A stretch of 55,920 nucleotides of DNA from contig JADJGV010000034.1 in the NCBI GenBank assembly GCA_016707895.1, positions 885,625-941,544 on the forward strand. The letters are read 5' to 3'. How positions within the stretch are numbered: position 1 is the stretch's first letter; each line of letters starts with the position of its first letter. Source of the DNA: Myxococcales bacterium. Its GTDB lineage: Bacteria > Myxococcota_A > Polyangia > Haliangiales > Haliangiaceae. Under the pieces are notes generated by a model. That model was not told the origin of the DNA. It searched no databases and was given only the letters and a program-made list of their open reading frames with translations. This document shows positions 54,962 to 55,920 of this stretch, piece after piece. The position numbers and the translations under genes are program-made.

Positions 54962-55920
54962 ATGAGGCTGCCCCACGTCGTCGCGTTTCTGCTCGCCGCG
55001 GTGAGCGTGGCGTATCCTGGGCACCGGGCCGCGCGCGCGCCGGTCGGACCGCGTTGGTCACCCGCGCCGAGCCGGCGCCGGACCTCGGCCCGCCGGCCAC
55101 CACAGGCGGCAGGTCCCCGGCGGAGAAGTTCGCCGCCGGCGAGCTCGTGTTCGGCGTCTACACCATCCACGACGCCGCGCACTGCGGGCGCTCGCGAGCT
55201 GGGACGCGACCGCGGCCGCGCTCGGCCTCGACGGCGCGCGCGTGCTCGATCGTGAGCTCACGATCGGCGACACCGCCGTCGCGGTCGGCGCGATGGCCGA
55301 CGGCGTCGTCGGCGATCTCACGCCCATCATGACCGCGCTGCGGGACGCCGGCGGCAGCGACATCGACGGCCACCACGTCTGCGTCGTGCCCGCGACCGGG
55401 GTGGGGCGTCGCCCTGTCGACGTCCAACGGCTTCATCGCGTTCGAGCCCGCGGCGATCATCCAGATCAACGAGCTCGTGCCCGACGCCGAACGCAGCATG
55501 TACAGCGTCGTCGTCGTGTTCGCGCACGAGTTCGCGCACCAGCTCCAGTACTGGTACGGCAACCCGTTCGAGGGCGACAGAGCATGCGGCGGACCGAGCT
55601 CGCGGCCGACTGCATGGGCTCGGCCTTCGTCGCGATGACCCAGCCCAGCGGGTGGATCATGGAACAGGTCCACAAAGGTGTCGTCGGCGCGCTCCAAGCC
55701 TACGCCGATCTCAAGTTCAGGAGCGTCATGCATCACGGCACCCGCGTCGATCGCGCGCAGCTCGCCCACGCCGGCGTCGAGCTGGTGACGTCGCGGCGGG
55801 CCAGCAGCAGCCGCCCGATCTCGCGACGATCAAGCGCACATGCGACGCCGCCGTCGAGGCCTGGGACGCGTCGCTGACGCTGACGCCGCCGGATCAGCTC
55901 TGGGGTGGCACCGAGCCGTG
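54962..55920 (+). pseudogene. YpfJ-like neutral zinc metallopeptidase (PF04228-type HExxH...ELxADC) with at least 3 frameshifts; 3' end outside window
   Basis: Signal MRLPHVVAFLLAAVSVA. The pieces ..FAAGELVFGVYTIHDAA.. / LRALASWDATAAALG.. / ..VVVVFAHEFAHQLQYWYGNPFEGD / RTELAADCMGSAFVAMTQPSGW.. / ..IKRTCDAAVEAWDASL fall in three different frames. Confidence 0.4.

Overview
This 55.9 kb window is very GC-rich (about 72%) and is densely coding on both strands. The gene content is typical of a Myxococcota-like chromosome: many secreted lipoproteins with lipobox signals, SbsA-type Ig domains, FG-GAP and Kelch beta-propellers, a CotH kinase, carboxypeptidase-regulatory-like repeats, and cysteine-rich repeats. 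I call about 45 protein genes. The recognisable ones include a cysteine synthase, a CapA/PgsA-family phosphoesterase, an ArsR-AHSA1 pair, an OmpW-family porin next to a 994-aa Ig-domain lipoprotein, two TetR regulators (one divergent from an MpaB-type oxygenase), two SDR oxidoreductases, a cold-shock protein, a zincin-FG-GAP propeller protease, a large DUF4132-like helical protein, a PLP-dependent Cys/Met-family enzyme, a membrane-anchored CarbopepD-repeat/PDZ protein, and CotH. I found no rRNA, no CRISPR array, and no transposase or integrase. The strongest novelty candidates are these. (1) A 1031-aa single-polypeptide PLD-nuclease / SF2 DEAH-helicase / DUF3427-like fusion at 39596-42691, with an unknown 435-aa gene directly upstream; this looks like a defence or DNA-processing module. 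(2) A perfect 72-nt class-I tRNA cloverleaf at 19833-19904 that has a Ser (UGA) anticodon but lacks the G18G19/U55 elements, sitting 12 nt upstream of a 741-aa orphan gene. (3) A mosaic segmental duplication across 26.9-33.0 kb: a TetR 3' fragment, a lipoprotein start and a Kazal-like small secreted protein. (4) A dispersed GGCAGCCGATCGG motif and related tandem repeats upstream of at least five genes. (5) A G11 homopolymer at 25434-25444 in a promoter region. (6) A 5.4 kb block at 50.5-55.9 kb where four consecutive genes are broken by frameshifts while the rest of the window is intact. Many long arginine/proline-rich ORFs in the six-frame track are antisense or alternate-frame artefacts of the high GC content and are rejected.
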